Shown: positions 63,444-64,000 of the stretch, piece by piece
Layout of the letters: the number at the start of each line of letters is the position of its first letter
Numbering within the stretch: the stretch's first letter is position 1
IMG/VR virus record: IMGVR_UViG_3300009130_000022
Coordinates: 4,954 to 68,953 of that record
From: a virus
Lineage: Duplodnaviria > Caudoviricetes
DNA length: 64,000 nucleotides
Reading direction: 5' to 3' (one strand)
Translations under genes and position numbers: made by a program
The notes under the pieces: model-generated
What the model saw: only the letters and a program-made list of their open reading frames with translations
The model's database searches: none
What the model was told of the DNA's origin: nothing

Positions 63444-64000
63444 CTTGTATATTTTATGTTCTGTTTCTCTGTTCTATCCCAGTCTTTTATTTCGTCTTGG
63501 AGCTCAGAGCTTAAAAGCGGAAACCACAAATCCCTATTGTCCCATTCTCCCGCAGCAAAGCTTTCCTCTTTGTATACTGGGAATTTATCTCCATAGACCA
63601 TCCATACTTTAAAAAAATCATCAAAGTTAGCCTTGTATGACCCAACGGTCTCGAAATCCCAAGGTGTCATCTCTGGTTCGCAATACTTAAGAAAGAACTT
63701 CTTGTTCCAAATAGAAATCTGCGTTGTTAGTTGATAGTGGCTTGAGTTTGTTTGTTGGTATAGCCCCCAGTCGTCGAAGCTTCTTACTTGCTCTACTTTG
63801 TAGTGTGGGTTTCTCTCTATCGTATAACCCTCTTCGCAGGGGTTAACTAAGTTGATTCTGCCGACGTGCTTGTTCTCTCTGGCTATGTCTATTAATTCGT
63901 TTAGCCATTCTATATCGGCATCTTCATAGAAGGCTATGTCTTCTGTTCCGTAGATGAAGTACTCGTCTGCGTTTTCTATTTGTTTTCTTAGGTCCGTAGA
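63440..64000 (-). CDS. 5'-truncated glycosyltransferase-like protein
   Basis: Frame is open to the window end (STDLRKQ...TEDIAF...QISIWNK...TPWDFE); the 76-aa track ORF is only its tail. Confidence 0.7.
   Translation of the reverse strand, partial: STDLRKQIENADEYFIYGTEDIAFYEDADIEWLNELIDIARENKHVGRINLVNPCEEGYTIERNPHYKVEQVRSFDDWGLYQQTNSSHYQLTTQISIWNKKFFLKYCEPEMTPWDFETVGSYKANFDDFFKVWMVYGDKFPVYKEESFAAGEWDNRDLWFPLLSSELQDEIKDWDRTEKQNIKYTR

Noticed and set aside
660-63612. Most plus-strand ORFs in the track (e.g. 660, 4375, 16627, 51720) and overlapping minus ORFs 5556, 7450, 23087
   Set aside because: Antisense or alternate-frame shadows of well-supported genes, without starts or promoters
1-64000. 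Stop-codon recoding
   Set aside because: Conserved genes are full length in code 11 and TAG, TGA and TAA all end coupled genes
1-64000. Prophage or integrase-bearing element
   Set aside because: No integrase, transposase or host housekeeping flank in the window; content fits a lytic large phage

Overview
Structural-gene-free 64-kb segment of a large AT-rich dsDNA phage genome, probably a jumbo or large myovirus. The host is inferred to be an aquatic PVC bacterium, most likely Verrucomicrobiota, from Verrucomicrobia-type secreted proteins and an LRR protein. Almost all genes are on the minus strand and read in the standard code. (1) 1-10.7 kb: early-type region of small ORFs with many sigma70-like promoters, tRNA-Cys, SleB hydrolase, GP88-like, DUF932 and an orphan RuvB. 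It also holds five copies of a paired-palindrome repeat, a promoter-driven ~525-nt structured non-coding transcript, a T-armless tRNA-like RNA and an unannotated ArfA-like peptide. (2) 10.7-11.4 kb: long AT-rich non-coding junction. (3) 11.4-40 kb: accessory genes (HhH glycosylase, rIIA/rIIB, 2OG oxygenases, dUTPase, HldE-like halves, tRNA-Arg, class II RNR, Hsp20). (4) 40-55 kb: replication/recombination module (SSAP-like, GT4/GT9 glycosyltransferases, Whirly-like SSB, DnaE split from PHP and exonuclease, DnaG, DnaB, RecA). (5) 55-64 kb: NDP-sugar cluster in which the order cupin-DegT-HNH-methyltransferase occurs twice. All family calls come from motif recognition by eye; no database search was run.
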